Counted from the stretch's first letter, positions 6,576 through 16,238 are shown. The stretch is 51,428 bases of DNA from a virus (IMGVR_UViG_3300012929_000023:1-51428), one strand, 5' to 3'. Notes: generated by a model not told the origin, from the sequence alone. Translations and numbers: made by a program.

Positions 6576-8512
6576 CAGTGTATCTCACTCCAGTTAAGTC
6601 CTACCCCGCCTGAGCCAGCTAAGGGACATTTTAAATTCAACTTCTTACCAGCGTTGACGATTTCTTCTTCGAACACATGCTGTATGTATTCAGCATATCG
6701 GATATCGTTGCGGGTCTCTATGACAACTTCGTCATGTACTATATTGGTTAATATATATTCAATTTCCTCCTTTGTCAACCTCTCTGAGGCAGAGATTGTC
6801 GCTTCTTTCATGATTATTTGTTCGCCGTTCTGCAGATATCCAGACATGCAAAGATGTCTCCTGAGTCCCACGGTATCCCCCGGTATAGCGACTTTTCGTC
6901 CATCAAGACCCACAAACCATCCCCGTCTTGCATCAGCGGGAATGACATTCTCTTTGAGCATCGCAAACCCTTCGTACCGGGATAATAGACGGTCAAGTGC
7001 GCCTTTAGTTTCATCCGTGGATGACGAAAGGATCTCTGCCAATTTCGAAATGCCTGCTCCCAACAAGAGAGCAAAGATGAACCGCTTAGAGGCCGCCCTA
7101 GTCTTGCAGACAGGACCAAGTATTCTTTGGTTGAGGCTATGGGGGTCAGTGCCATCTTCTTTCCTTCCATCGACAAGAGCTTTGGTAAACTCTGCATCGT
7201 CGATGTAATGTGCAAATATTCTTAACTGAATTCCTTCGGCGTCGACGCCAACCAATAGTCTGTTCTTCGGCGCACACCATAAGCTTCGGAGTTCTTTGCC
7301 GAGAAGCTTTGGTCTACCTTCTAAATCAAGATCGACGGGGATGTTAGCTGTGTTGGGCTTCTGATGAGCCATCCGGTGCGTCCATGCACCGATGCCAAGG
7401 AAGTCACCGTGGATGCGGCCATCAGGTTGAACAAGACCAATCCATTCAACTAATGTTCTTCTACGACTTTCGTAGAGAATTCTCTGCGCTAGAGTACGGG
7501 CGGCATCCGGAGCCGAGGTAGGGAGAGTCTCTAGGTTGGCTTCGTTGACTTTCCAGCCAGTCTTTCTCAATTCTTGAAGCTTAGTCTGACATAGTTTCAA
7601 GTCTGCGTCAAGCGCAGCAGACCTAGCTTTCGAGAACTTAAGTTGGTTAAGCGTTCTTTCGGTATCTATGTGAGTCTGCGTACGATCTACAGGAGCCCAG
7701 CCTGCATGAGACAAGACCTCAATGATTTGCTTGTGACTATTAGGGTTAAAAGACTCCCAACTGCACCGGCAGAAAGGCCCACCATTAAACTCACTAAGGT
7801 CACCATGCCCCAGAAACCTAAAGTCCGTCTTAGAAAGCGTTCCATGCTTTGTTACCTTCGGTGTGACTTCTCTGATTAACTTCAATCGATCAGGGAACAC
7901 CTTAAGTATCTCTTTATCTAAAGTACTTAACACTAGAGTTACACTAGTAAGATATTCTAGTGCTTTACTCTTGTTAAAGAAAAAGCCATTAGTATTTAAT
8001 GTATTAGTAATACTTACGAACTTATGTTCTCTTTCTAAAGAGTTCTTATGTTCTTCTTTAGATATATACTTAAGGTACTTAAGGTATATCTTATACGTTA
8101 TGTCGACATCACGTACGCAGTACTCCTCCATCTCTGGAGAGTACTTACTCCAGTCGGTGTACTTGCCCTTCAGAAGTCCGAACTCTTCGCCGTAACTCTC
8201 GACACTATGCGATTTTCGAGAGTAGTCAACGAGCTTGCTAACAAGATACGTATCGAGGCATTGTCTTCCAACATCTTCGAATGAGACCCCAAGAAGATTT
8301 TTAAGTACTGGTGCATCATAACCAAGCAGATTATGTCCAATGAAATACTTACAATGTTTCCAAAAATTAACAAAGCGTTCTCGCTCTTCTGGGTCCGTAG
8401 TTACATTTCTAAAAATGTGCTTATGACAGGTATCGATGTCCATACAGACGATCACCCAGACCTGCGTCGGGTTGACTAATCCATTGGTTTCTAAATCTAA
8501 GACTATTCTCAA
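6575..8512 (-). CDS. polA: family A DNA polymerase with 3'-5' exonuclease
   Basis: Exo I DLETNGL, Exo II GHNLLGYD, Exo III YC.RDV; motif A VDAEGIQLR, motif B R.ASKRFIFALLLG, motif C VHDE. Confidence 0.97.
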   Translation of the reverse strand: MRIVLDLETNGLVNPTQVWVIVCMDIDTCHKHIFRNVTTDPEERERFVNFWKHCKYFIGHNLLGYDAPVLKNLLGVSFEDVGRQCLDTYLVSKLVDYSRKSHSVESYGEEFGLLKGKYTDWSKYSPEMEEYCVRDVDITYKIYLKYLKYISKEEHKNSLEREHKFVSITNTLNTNGFFFNKSKALEYLTSVTLVLSTLDKEILKVFPDRLKLIREVTPKVTKHGTLSKTDFRFLGHGDLSEFNGGPFCRCSWESFNPNSHKQIIEVLSHAGWAPVDRTQTHIDTERTLNQLKFSKARSAALDADLKLCQTKLQELRKTGWKVNEANLETLPTSAPDAARTLAQRILYESRRRTLVEWIGLVQPDGRIHGDFLGIGAWTHRMAHQKPNTANIPVDLDLEGRPKLLGKELRSLWCAPKNRLLVGVDAEGIQLRIFAHYIDDAEFTKALVDGRKEDGTDPHSLNQRILGPVCKTRAASKRFIFALLLGAGISKLAEILSSSTDETKGALDRLLSRYEGFAMLKENVIPADARRGWFVGLDGRKVAIPGDTVGLRRHLCMSGYLQNGEQIIMKEATISASERLTKEEIEYILTNIVHDEVVIETRNDIRYAEYIQHVFEEEIVNAGKKLNLKCPLAGSGGVGLNWSEIH

Positions 8513-8679
8513 ATGTATTTTCTTCTAATCAAGCAGCCGTAGTGTGGTGTAAGGGTGCAGCCTTAGGGAGGGACGATCTCCCATTCACCCTAGCGTCCGT
8601 CGACTTCCACAATCTAAGCAACCCGCAGGGTTGCGCTAGTCCGGCGCCTTACCTCACCGTCTGATCACCGGCGAGGAAG

Positions 8680-8814
8680 CTAGTGCCAGCTGGCGACGCA
8701 GAACTTCACGAAGAAGTCGTTGCAGTCCAGCGTCGTGTGGTTATAGATCACAACGAACATCGCCGCTAAGAAGGCGAGTGAAACGATGTATACGATTTCC
8801 CGAATAACTCTCAT
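8680..8814 (-). CDS. small membrane protein (44 aa)
   Basis: manual translation MRVIREIVYIVSLAFLAAMFVVIY...; ATGA overlap with the upstream ORF. Confidence 0.6.
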   Translation of the reverse strand: MRVIREIVYIVSLAFLAAMFVVIYNHTTLDCNDFFVKFCVASWH

Positions 8815-9008
8815 GCTGCTGCTTTCTGGGGTTGGTTGTCATTGGCAGGGAGATACTTACCAAGGATTTGCTTATAGAGATCTGCCTCCATCTCCAGCGC
8901 CTCAGCGAACTTTGGTTGGTTCTTCTCGCGGTAATAATCGACTGATCGTTTCAATTGTCCGATCGTTCTCCAATCACCTAATGAAATAGGTCCGATAACT
9001 ATAGTCAT
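8811..9008 (-). CDS. small protein with ssrA-tag-like C-terminus
   Basis: ends PANDNQPQKAAA; ggag RBS. Confidence 0.75.
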   Translation of the reverse strand: MTIVIGPISLGDWRTIGQLKRSVDYYREKNQPKFAEALEMEADLYKQILGKYLPANDNQPQKAAA

Positions 9009-9484
9009 ACGTGCTCCGCTTCTATAATCGTAAAGAATTCGTTATCTGTGCTGAACCTAACCGGATCAACCCAACGGAAAGTCGTTTCCTTCTCTCCGAT
9101 TTCTCCGATGAAATACGCCTTACCCGCATACCCTACTACATATTGACCGAGGACACAACCGAAGTAATTCTTCGGTCGAGCTAGGAAGCGTGCTCCATGC
9201 GTTAGCTTCAACAGCCAGTCGTCTTTCCCTCCGGTGGGAGGTCCTTTGCCTCCGGTGAGGACCTTGAGGAAAGGAGTCTTCGTCTCTCGGAGTTCTTCTT
9301 TGCCCAGAGCAGCATCCTCTTCCGTCTCTGCTGTACCCTTGTCCATGTCTTCCGCTCTTGTTCTGGTAAAAGATTTAATAAGCATTTGATATCGAAGTCT
9401 CGCTCCATAATTATTCCAGCTTGAAGCTGGTTTAGTTCCGAGATTTCTCTTGCTTTCGTGAGTTGGAGCTTCCACCACTCCCAA
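9005..9484 (-). CDS. hypothetical protein (true start may be ATG 9346)
   Basis: protein-like C-terminal half; ATGA overlap with the next gene. Confidence 0.6.
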   Translation of the reverse strand: MGVVEAPTHESKRNLGTKPASSWNNYGARLRYQMLIKSFTRTRAEDMDKGTAETEEDAALGKEELRETKTPFLKVLTGGKGPPTGGKDDWLLKLTHGARFLARPKNYFGCVLGQYVVGYAGKAYFIGEIGEKETTFRWVDPVRFSTDNEFFTIIEAEHV

Positions 9485-9517
9485 TCAGGGTGTTTTTGCA
9501 TTGCTCCACCTTTATTA

Positions 9518-9595
9518 GATAGGCCCTAGGATGCCCTAGGAAGGCCGCTGGTGCGTTTAAATACATGCGTGGCTACCACCCTAGCTCTCTAGTAC
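9518..9595. repeat. copy B of dyad-symmetric dispersed element
   Basis: intergenic aaggccgctggtgcgtttaaat-N8-ggctaccaccctagc; aligns with the reverse complement of 22836-22910. Confidence 0.8.
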
Positions 9596-10124
9596 TCAAA
9601 AGCAAATTATTGCCTGTTTATGGTAATAGATTTGTAGCTGAAAGACCGTCTAAAGCGGTAGGTTCTTTGCTGCTCTGCGTCGAAGCCTATTACCTTCGGG
9701 TATCGGCGCTGGATGTATCTGATTATCCGAGGCGACGATGGTCTTGCTAGAATTTCCTCGACTGTCGGTTTGATTACGAATCCCCTGATTTCCATACCCC
9801 CTCCAGCAATAGGAAATTCGAACAGGCGAACTATCCGTCCAAATTTTCCAGACAATTTTTTTATAACCATATTCAGTTCGACTGACTGCGAAGTACATCG
9901 TCATCTCCTGCGCAGGATACCGATAGCTCTTAAGAGGCTTATAATACTCCATCGGATATCCGCCCCTGCTTCTGGGTTGTATTCATCAGCTTCAGGTAGT
10001 TCGAGTTCGAGTTCCTTCACGATCCGTTGTAATTTCTCGGCCTTCTTGTGTTTCTGATAATTCATGGCGACACCTTTCCGGTGTTCTTATTGCTTCTACT
10101 ACGTACCAGACTTGACCGTTGTAT

Positions 10125-10820
10125 TCACGTTTTACGAGCAGCTCCCTTACCGTCCCCATCGTCAAGTCTCCAGTCTATTGGCGCATCTCCTTGAGTTGCC
10201 AACTTACTGTTAATAGTGCTGAACAACCGGCTTCCGAAGAATGGATTCCTAGCTGCGATACTCGCTCTCGGAGATGGATGCGACAGTTCGATGACTTCGC
10301 ACCGTTCTTGGTCTATGTATTTAACGAAACTTCTTGCCTTCCCACCTAAAAGAACTATAATACAACCGAGGTTGTTAAGCTTCTTAATGATCTCTATCGT
10401 CAATGGTTTGTATTCTTCCCAGTCATGAGATAAAGACTTATCTTCAGTGCACGACGGGATGACATTCCACAACAACACCCCTTGATCCGTCCATTTCTTT
10501 AGGTTTCCGTGAGGCGGCTTTGGGTAATGGAGGTCATCTTGGTACTCTTTGAAGATATTAATCAGAGTTTGAGGAAATATATCCAGATCAGCAGGTATGC
10601 TAAAGGCAACGCCACTGGCATAATTGTGTTGGGGGTAAGGGTCTTGACCAAATATCGCCACTTTGACATCTTCTTCCCTCACTGCTGATAAAGCCTTAAA
10701 GAGATTAACTCGCTTAGGGTTCATCTGTCTGCCGGTAATCTTCAGGTCTTCAAGGTGTTCTTGGACTACTTGCCATTCTCCTGTCTTCCAATAAGACAAA
10801 TCACTCCACGGATAAGTCAT
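10125..10820 (-). CDS. ung: uracil-DNA glycosylase (family 1)
   Basis: VAIFGQDPYP, G.AFS, W..QGVLLWN and HPSP motifs. Confidence 0.95.
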   Translation of the reverse strand: MTYPWSDLSYWKTGEWQVVQEHLEDLKITGRQMNPKRVNLFKALSAVREEDVKVAIFGQDPYPQHNYASGVAFSIPADLDIFPQTLINIFKEYQDDLHYPKPPHGNLKKWTDQGVLLWNVIPSCTEDKSLSHDWEEYKPLTIEIIKKLNNLGCIIVLLGGKARSFVKYIDQERCEVIELSHPSPRASIAARNPFFGSRLFSTINSKLATQGDAPIDWRLDDGDGKGAARKT

Positions 10821-10840
10821 TGTTTTTCCTTTGTTGATGG

Positions 10841-11083
10841 CTACGCCATCTTAGATTTATATATTAAAAAGTAATTACCCGCTACGGTTCCTAGTAGCCA
10901 ATGCTCTTGAAGATGAATACCCGGAGGGTAATGCGTAAAACTACTGTACGTAACAGTCACCCAAGCGTGATCGCGGTAGAGTTCTGAAGTACTGTCTTTG
11001 ACATACCCAGACACTCGATAGTGTTCGTCGTCATGCGACCATCGAGTCAATTCGGCTGTTATCATTGGCGGGCGCGGCATCAT
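10841..11083 (-). CDS. hypothetical protein
   Basis: 80-aa ORF with ggag RBS, overlapping the primase end. Confidence 0.65.
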   Translation of the reverse strand: MMPRPPMITAELTRWSHDDEHYRVSGYVKDSTSELYRDHAWVTVTYSSFTHYPPGIHLQEHWLLGTVAGNYFLIYKSKMA

Positions 11084-12653
11084 AGATATTCTCCGATAGC
11101 GTATACGTTTGAGGATCGAAGATCAATTGTCCCGCTGGACCAGTTCTCCCGCAGAACCTATTCTTACTGACTAAGACATTCATCAGACTTCTGACCACAG
11201 GATCACTGTGCTTCAGGTCACGGGTAAGATCAATACGGATATCCGCAACCTTGGATATGTTACGACTACCCCGTGTCAGACCATCATCGTTGACATGAGA
11301 GACGATAATCAACGAGAAGTCTAACTCCTTCACCATCATTTCGAGTCTGGTGGAGAGGTAGTCAAGTGCACGGCGTTCGCTCTCGCCTGCGAGGCCGCTA
11401 ACCGCCATAGTAATATGGTCGAGAATAACGAACCTACAAGCACGGGCAGCAACGAGGAACCTAATAGTGTCAATAAGATCGTCTGGATCAGCACTACCAA
11501 AATGAGAATAAATATGAAGACGGTCATCGTTGCCCACAGCAGTGGCGAGAGCAGCAGCAATCTCACTAGCTGAGCAGCCGCTATCCGGCAAGTGGACAGG
11601 CTTCCTGAGCTGAAGTCCCGCAATAGCTTGGAGATGCCTTCGTTTTGGCTCTTCAAGAAAGATTGCTCCGACGTTGTCTTTGGTTTCCTTAAGGATGTGG
11701 TACTCCAAAGCATGACATACCTCAGTCTTTCCTACGCCCTCTTGGGCTGTCAAAAGAATTGTCTCTCCGGTACGGATACCGTATGTCATATACGTCAATG
11801 TAGGAAACGGATAAGACACACCTGACTTCGGAACTTCCGCGAGGATTTTCTCAAATATATGTTGCGATGAGATAATCGTCTCTGGGAGAAACCGTTTAGC
11901 GTTCCACCAAATCTGTCTTAGTTCAGAGGCGGCTCCGTGGGTGAGGAAGTCATTGGCGTCTTTTCGGTCTCCACCGGGGAAGTTGAGCTGGTAGACTTTG
12001 TTGTAGTCAAAGAGCTTAGCCACGCGAGATGCGGCTTGACGGCCTGCCTCATCTCCGTCGAAAGCAAGGTAAATCCTTTCGAATGAATTAAGATAGGCCC
12101 GATCAACAGCACAATCAGACACAGCAGAACTGCTTGATTGAACAGAAACAACAGGCGACCTAATGACTTGATGAAGGCTGACAGCATCGAGTTCCCCTTC
12201 TGTGATTGTCACATATTTGTGACTACCGGCCGGAAATCTGTTACGACCAAACAAACCAGCTTTACCGATATCGCCTTGAGTATAAAATCCCTTCTTGTCT
12301 AACGTCCTTATTTTATAACTACCATTACTATAAGCAAAGCCAACAGAAAGAGGTTTACCCGAAGCATCCACTTTTGTCTTGACATCATAAAATTGTAATG
12401 TCTCGCGGTCAACACTACGGTAGGGTATGTATTCGTAAGTATATTCTGCATCCATAAATTCTTTTCCGGTGGCTTTGCCACCTTTTTTATCTCTAGGTTT
12501 ATAATAATTACATGCGAAACACCAACCATGCCCATCATCGTAGGTGCAAAACGCATCACTAGATGTACAGGACGGACACGGTTGATGTAGCTCGGTGATC
12601 TTACCCTTTTGGAGGTGGGTGGAGTTTAAGTCCGGGATGGAGTTCGTAGTCAT
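11031..12653 (-). CDS. T7 gp4-like primase-helicase (start uncertain, ~12599-12653)
   Basis: Zn finger CPSC...CFAC, TOPRIM ITEGELDA and FDGD.AG, Walker A AQEGVGKT, ILDHI, VSH, KNRFCG.TG. Confidence 0.95.
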   Translation of the reverse strand: MTTNSIPDLNSTHLQKGKITELHQPCPSCTSSDAFCTYDDGHGWCFACNYYKPRDKKGGKATGKEFMDAEYTYEYIPYRSVDRETLQFYDVKTKVDASGKPLSVGFAYSNGSYKIRTLDKKGFYTQGDIGKAGLFGRNRFPAGSHKYVTITEGELDAVSLHQVIRSPVVSVQSSSSAVSDCAVDRAYLNSFERIYLAFDGDEAGRQAASRVAKLFDYNKVYQLNFPGGDRKDANDFLTHGAASELRQIWWNAKRFLPETIISSQHIFEKILAEVPKSGVSYPFPTLTYMTYGIRTGETILLTAQEGVGKTEVCHALEYHILKETKDNVGAIFLEEPKRRHLQAIAGLQLRKPVHLPDSGCSASEIAAALATAVGNDDRLHIYSHFGSADPDDLIDTIRFLVAARACRFVILDHITMAVSGLAGESERRALDYLSTRLEMMVKELDFSLIIVSHVNDDGLTRGSRNISKVADIRIDLTRDLKHSDPVVRSLMNVLVSKNRFCGRTGPAGQLIFDPQTYTLSENIYDAAPANDNSRIDSMVA

Positions 12654-13311
12654 AATAATGGTTGAGCCATGGACGTTGGATCTTCGTGCTAATACGCACT
12701 GGATCGAAGGATAAAGCATCAATCTGATCTCCCCAATATTCAGGGACGCCGATGTACATCCACGCCCAAACACCTTTGATGTGCTCAGCTGTGACTGTTA
12801 TAGCTCGGCCGGAGAATGAGTTGGGATCGCGTTCCTTCAAGAATTGTTGGTCTTGGAAAGGAACCGCGACGAAGATGAGTTTTCGATAGAATTGTACCGT
12901 ATTCAGCCTGTGATTGTCAAGATCAATGAAAGCTCTAGGCCGAATTAACCACAATTCTCCCTTGATTCGTGCTGGTGGTGCTCCGCGTTGCTCAGCCCAT
13001 GGATGGAACTGTAGAGAATTCTTTCTAGAAACGCTCAAGATCGGGACTGGGAAAGATTTTTCTCCAAGATTTTTCTTCCAGAACGAGAAGTGATCGTTGG
13101 AGAATGCGACAGATCGACGCACGGAGTGCGGACCTAGCAGATGCCGGTTGGGGAAACCAGCCTTCATATCGTCAGCTACGAAGATATGGTGGAATTCTTT
13201 CTCTTGGAGCGTGCAGTAGTCAGGCGTGTGCTTAGCGAAGTCACTAGCCCATTGCAACCACTCTCCGGTTGGAGCCTTGATATTCTTCTTCCGAGACCAG
13301 TTCATCTTCAT
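12601..13311 (-). CDS. gamma-glutamylcyclotransferase (AIG2)-like protein, divergent active site
   Basis: IFVADDMKAG.PN.HLL, IKGELW, LD....N...FYRK and AWMY.G correspond to the GGCT pattern FVYGTLK.G..NH / I.GE.Y / LD..E / AW.Y. Confidence 0.7.
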   Translation of the reverse strand: MKMNWSRKKNIKAPTGEWLQWASDFAKHTPDYCTLQEKEFHHIFVADDMKAGFPNRHLLGPHSVRRSVAFSNDHFSFWKKNLGEKSFPVPILSVSRKNSLQFHPWAEQRGAPPARIKGELWLIRPRAFIDLDNHRLNTVQFYRKLIFVAVPFQDQQFLKERDPNSFSGRAITVTAEHIKGVWAWMYIGVPEYWGDQIDALSFDPVRISTKIQRPWLNHYYDYELHPGLKLHPPPKG

Positions 13312-13407
13312 CTCCCATAGGTTCCCCGGAGACCAACTTTGTGGACATTCACGGTGCTAATCTCCGGGGTTCCTGCTAAGCTACAACGTAGTACGCAGTA
13401 TTGGGGT

Positions 13408-15147
13408 CTACGCTGCAGCCCCTCCTCGACGAGACCCGAACGGCGCTCGACGCCTTGGTGCCCCAATAGTTGGGGCTTCCAAAGGAAGAGTCGTTGCTTC
13501 GGGTTTGCCGAGAAGCCTGTTGGCTTCGGTAAGTTCCTTGTGTGTATTCTTGACTTGGAGTTCGAGGTTCTCGGCGTACTTCCAGAGATCGCGGAACGCC
13601 GTAGCCATCGCTTCGTCGGCGTTGTGCGCGAGGTCTTTGATAACCTCCCACGGCCATCGCCGTGTAACTTCGATGCCGACAATACCTGCAGTCTTAGCGA
13701 AGGATGGAAGCTTGGCTTCGGCTTCGGCAAACTTCCTCGGATCGTCGATTTGACCGTTTTCGTCAAGACTTGCTACGACAATCTTATTCATCATCAACCT
13801 CTCGTGCAGCCACTTCTTCTGCACCGCAGTTATGACAGGTAGTCCGGCTTCTACTTGCGTCTTCTCGGCCTCACGTTCAGCCCGCTGTGCCTTGATCTCT
13901 TCACCGCTCTTCGGTGCGGCCACCGCAGTCATCTTCGGTGCAGCTTCAGCGAACGATTTCGCTGTAATTGGCTTGCCATCCTTGGAGAACAAACCTTTCT
14001 TGACCTTCACCGGTGGATACTGCATGTAGTTATCAGGGAGTTTAACTCCCAACCCCTTGTAGAATTTCTTGACATCCTGTCGATGCCCCCGGACAGAAGC
14101 AGGCGGGTAGATCAATTCGTAATCATCGTCGACGACATTCTGCAGGACGACGTTCTGCGCAGTCACCGCCGGATCGGCATCCGGATGTGGCGCAGCAGGT
14201 GAAGGTGCAGGAGGTGCCGTAGGCTTCGGCTGTTCCACAGGCTTCTGCTCAGGGGCAGCCGGTTTGTTAGTGCCGAACTGATGTCGTCTCTTACGTTCCG
14301 GCGCAGGAAGTGGTGCTTCCAACCCAAGTTCCTGTGCCTTCGCCTTGAACAACGAAACCCATTCAACGTCATCCATGTCGTCATCGGTAGACATGACGAT
14401 GTCAAACAGTTGTTCGTCGGAGAACATCTTCGTCTGATCTGGAAAGTCCTGCCGATACTTCGGCATCTCCAGTGCGACGTATTCCTCTGGCGTGTACTTC
14501 GCGACCTTGCCGAGTTCTTCGGCAGTCTTCCCCCAGTCGAGATGGTTGGATGTCTGACCCCAGTCGAAAGAGCCTTCGAATTCGGTATCGGAGATGTTGA
14601 TGACCGGGCCTTCGGTGGAGAGAAACGTAAACGTCGTCGGCCCCGTAGAGTTCATAAGCAATTCTTTGTGCAGAACAGTGTTCGCGAGTTCTTCGTCCAT
14701 CTTCTTGATGTCGCCGCCGAGCAGGTTGAAGAGATGATCGAACTTCGGCTGCAAGACTTCATCGACGAAGTGGAAGATGCTGCTATGCGCTGACTCCTTC
14801 TTCTCGAAACCTGAAAAGACACCGTCGATCATGACGCAGAGCAAATCCTTTTCGTCTTTGCCGACGACTAGACCGAACGGCATGACATCATCTTCGATGA
14901 AGCCTTCAGGGTAATCATGGAATATCATGACCAGCTTGTTCGGAGCTTCATTCCGCTGGAGATCCATGACTTCCTTGATGTCCGGTGTCGGGATTGAGTA
15001 GTCAGAGAAGAGGACGTTCTTGCCGTCCTCCTTGTCGACTACCATATACCCGAATGCTGAGCTGTACCCTGCACAGCATAGTTCGATGTAGTCTTCCGGA
15101 GCTACTTGATCCGGGTCTACGGTTACGATGACTTGGTTATGCGCCAT
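13408..15147 (-). CDS. large protein: degenerate class II glutamine amidotransferase-like N-domain, Pro-rich linker, helical C-terminus
   Basis: order of SSAFG, MIFH, VMPF, VMIDG and SSIFHFV..VL.P mirrors DGxG, HxR, HPF, HNG and SDT motifs of Ntn GATase-II; adjacent to the GGCT-like gene. Confidence 0.6.
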   Translation of the reverse strand: MAHNQVIVTVDPDQVAPEDYIELCCAGYSSAFGYMVVDKEDGKNVLFSDYSIPTPDIKEVMDLQRNEAPNKLVMIFHDYPEGFIEDDVMPFGLVVGKDEKDLLCVMIDGVFSGFEKKESAHSSIFHFVDEVLQPKFDHLFNLLGGDIKKMDEELANTVLHKELLMNSTGPTTFTFLSTEGPVINISDTEFEGSFDWGQTSNHLDWGKTAEELGKVAKYTPEEYVALEMPKYRQDFPDQTKMFSDEQLFDIVMSTDDDMDDVEWVSLFKAKAQELGLEAPLPAPERKRRHQFGTNKPAAPEQKPVEQPKPTAPPAPSPAAPHPDADPAVTAQNVVLQNVVDDDYELIYPPASVRGHRQDVKKFYKGLGVKLPDNYMQYPPVKVKKGLFSKDGKPITAKSFAEAAPKMTAVAAPKSGEEIKAQRAEREAEKTQVEAGLPVITAVQKKWLHERLMMNKIVVASLDENGQIDDPRKFAEAEAKLPSFAKTAGIVGIEVTRRWPWEVIKDLAHNADEAMATAFRDLWKYAENLELQVKNTHKELTEANRLLGKPEATTLPLEAPTIGAPRRRAPFGSRRGGAAA

Positions 15148-15182
15148 AGTCTTGCCTTCTCCTAGGTTGTCTTGATACGCAG

Positions 15183-15692
15183 CTAAAGCTGCTTATTGCG
15201 CCTATTGGCTAACAGACGCCGAGGTTCCTTCACTCCCGGAATCAAAACGATCTTGTCGTAGAATGGTTGTTCACCAGATGGCACGCGCTCCCGACCCTTC
15301 CGTATCTTCGGAACGGTATTCAAGCGACGTTTGATCTGCTGTTTAATAAACGGCTGACTACGTCTGCTTGGTATTAAGTCACCCAAACCGAACGCAAGGA
15401 ATAAATCTTGGTAGTATTCGTTAGCTTCTCGGTCACAGATCACGCCATCTGTAACCATCTTCTCGACCATCTCGGTTAGATAGTCAGCCTTCACCCGTCG
15501 TAGTTTCTCGTTCCGCCCTGCGACCGCCATTCGCGTAGCCTTCCCCTTGATGTACAGGTTTAACCCGTATCCTACCCCTAGAATTACGCCTAGGGCAACA
15601 AGTCCTCCCAACAAATCAACCAACAGTTGCTGGTCAATCCAGAATTGATACCAGTCTGCCGGCGTATACAACTTCCTGATAAAGTAGTCCAT
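15183..15692 (-). CDS. hypothetical membrane-anchored protein
   Basis: N-terminal hydrophobic helix; ggagg RBS. Confidence 0.75.
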   Translation of the reverse strand: MDYFIRKLYTPADWYQFWIDQQLLVDLLGGLVALGVILGVGYGLNLYIKGKATRMAVAGRNEKLRRVKADYLTEMVEKMVTDGVICDREANEYYQDLFLAFGLGDLIPSRRSQPFIKQQIKRRLNTVPKIRKGRERVPSGEQPFYDKIVLIPGVKEPRRLLANRRNKQL

Positions 15693-15808
15693 TTAGCTTC
15701 CTCCAAGTAATCTAACCAAGATAGTAGAAGATTAAGATCACCATCCCTAGCATAACTCCCCAGACTACTGCTGAAGCTAATACACAACCGCGTTCATTCC
15801 CCTGCATG

Positions 15809-16228
15809 CTATCCTCCTAAGAGACTGTCTATTCTTTGGAGTTTCTTAAGCTCCAGCCCTCTAACTTCAGAAGTCTGAACTAAGAAAGGTCGCTGCTCTT
15901 TAAGAAATTCAGACGGAGTGTAATCATCAAGGATTACGTAACGTTCGGGTTTATGGATTTCTAACGAAGCTTCGATCTCACTACCACGTTTTCTAAACGG
16001 CATGTGTGGTGTTGCACTTATCCATGTTATTCCGTTACGTGTGAGTTCTTCCGTGAACTCCACGTCAGTACGCCATGAACTAGACAGTACAATGCTGTAA
16101 GGCTTGTCTTCCAACCATCCGAGAAACATATCTCGGAGTTTCTTATCTATGCCTGTGAAATTCTGGAACCTTTCTTTTGTATAAGCGTTGTTCAACACAC
16201 CATCGATATCTAGATATATAATATTCAT
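15809..16228 (-). CDS. HAD-superfamily protein (type associated with RNA-repair 'Swiss Army Knife' proteins)
   Basis: IIYLDIDGVLN, IVLSSSWR, RGSEI, YVILDD. Confidence 0.85.
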   Translation of the reverse strand: MNIIYLDIDGVLNNAYTKERFQNFTGIDKKLRDMFLGWLEDKPYSIVLSSSWRTDVEFTEELTRNGITWISATPHMPFRKRGSEIEASLEIHKPERYVILDDYTPSEFLKEQRPFLVQTSEVRGLELKKLQRIDSLLGG

Positions 16229-16238
16229 GGTATCTCCT

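Noticed and set aside
13308-14793. Long alternative-frame and antisense ORFs overlapping the 579-aa gene (similar cases over pol, terL and 20069-21202)
   Set aside because: Shadow ORFs produced by the codon bias of the real genes; no RBS or motifs.
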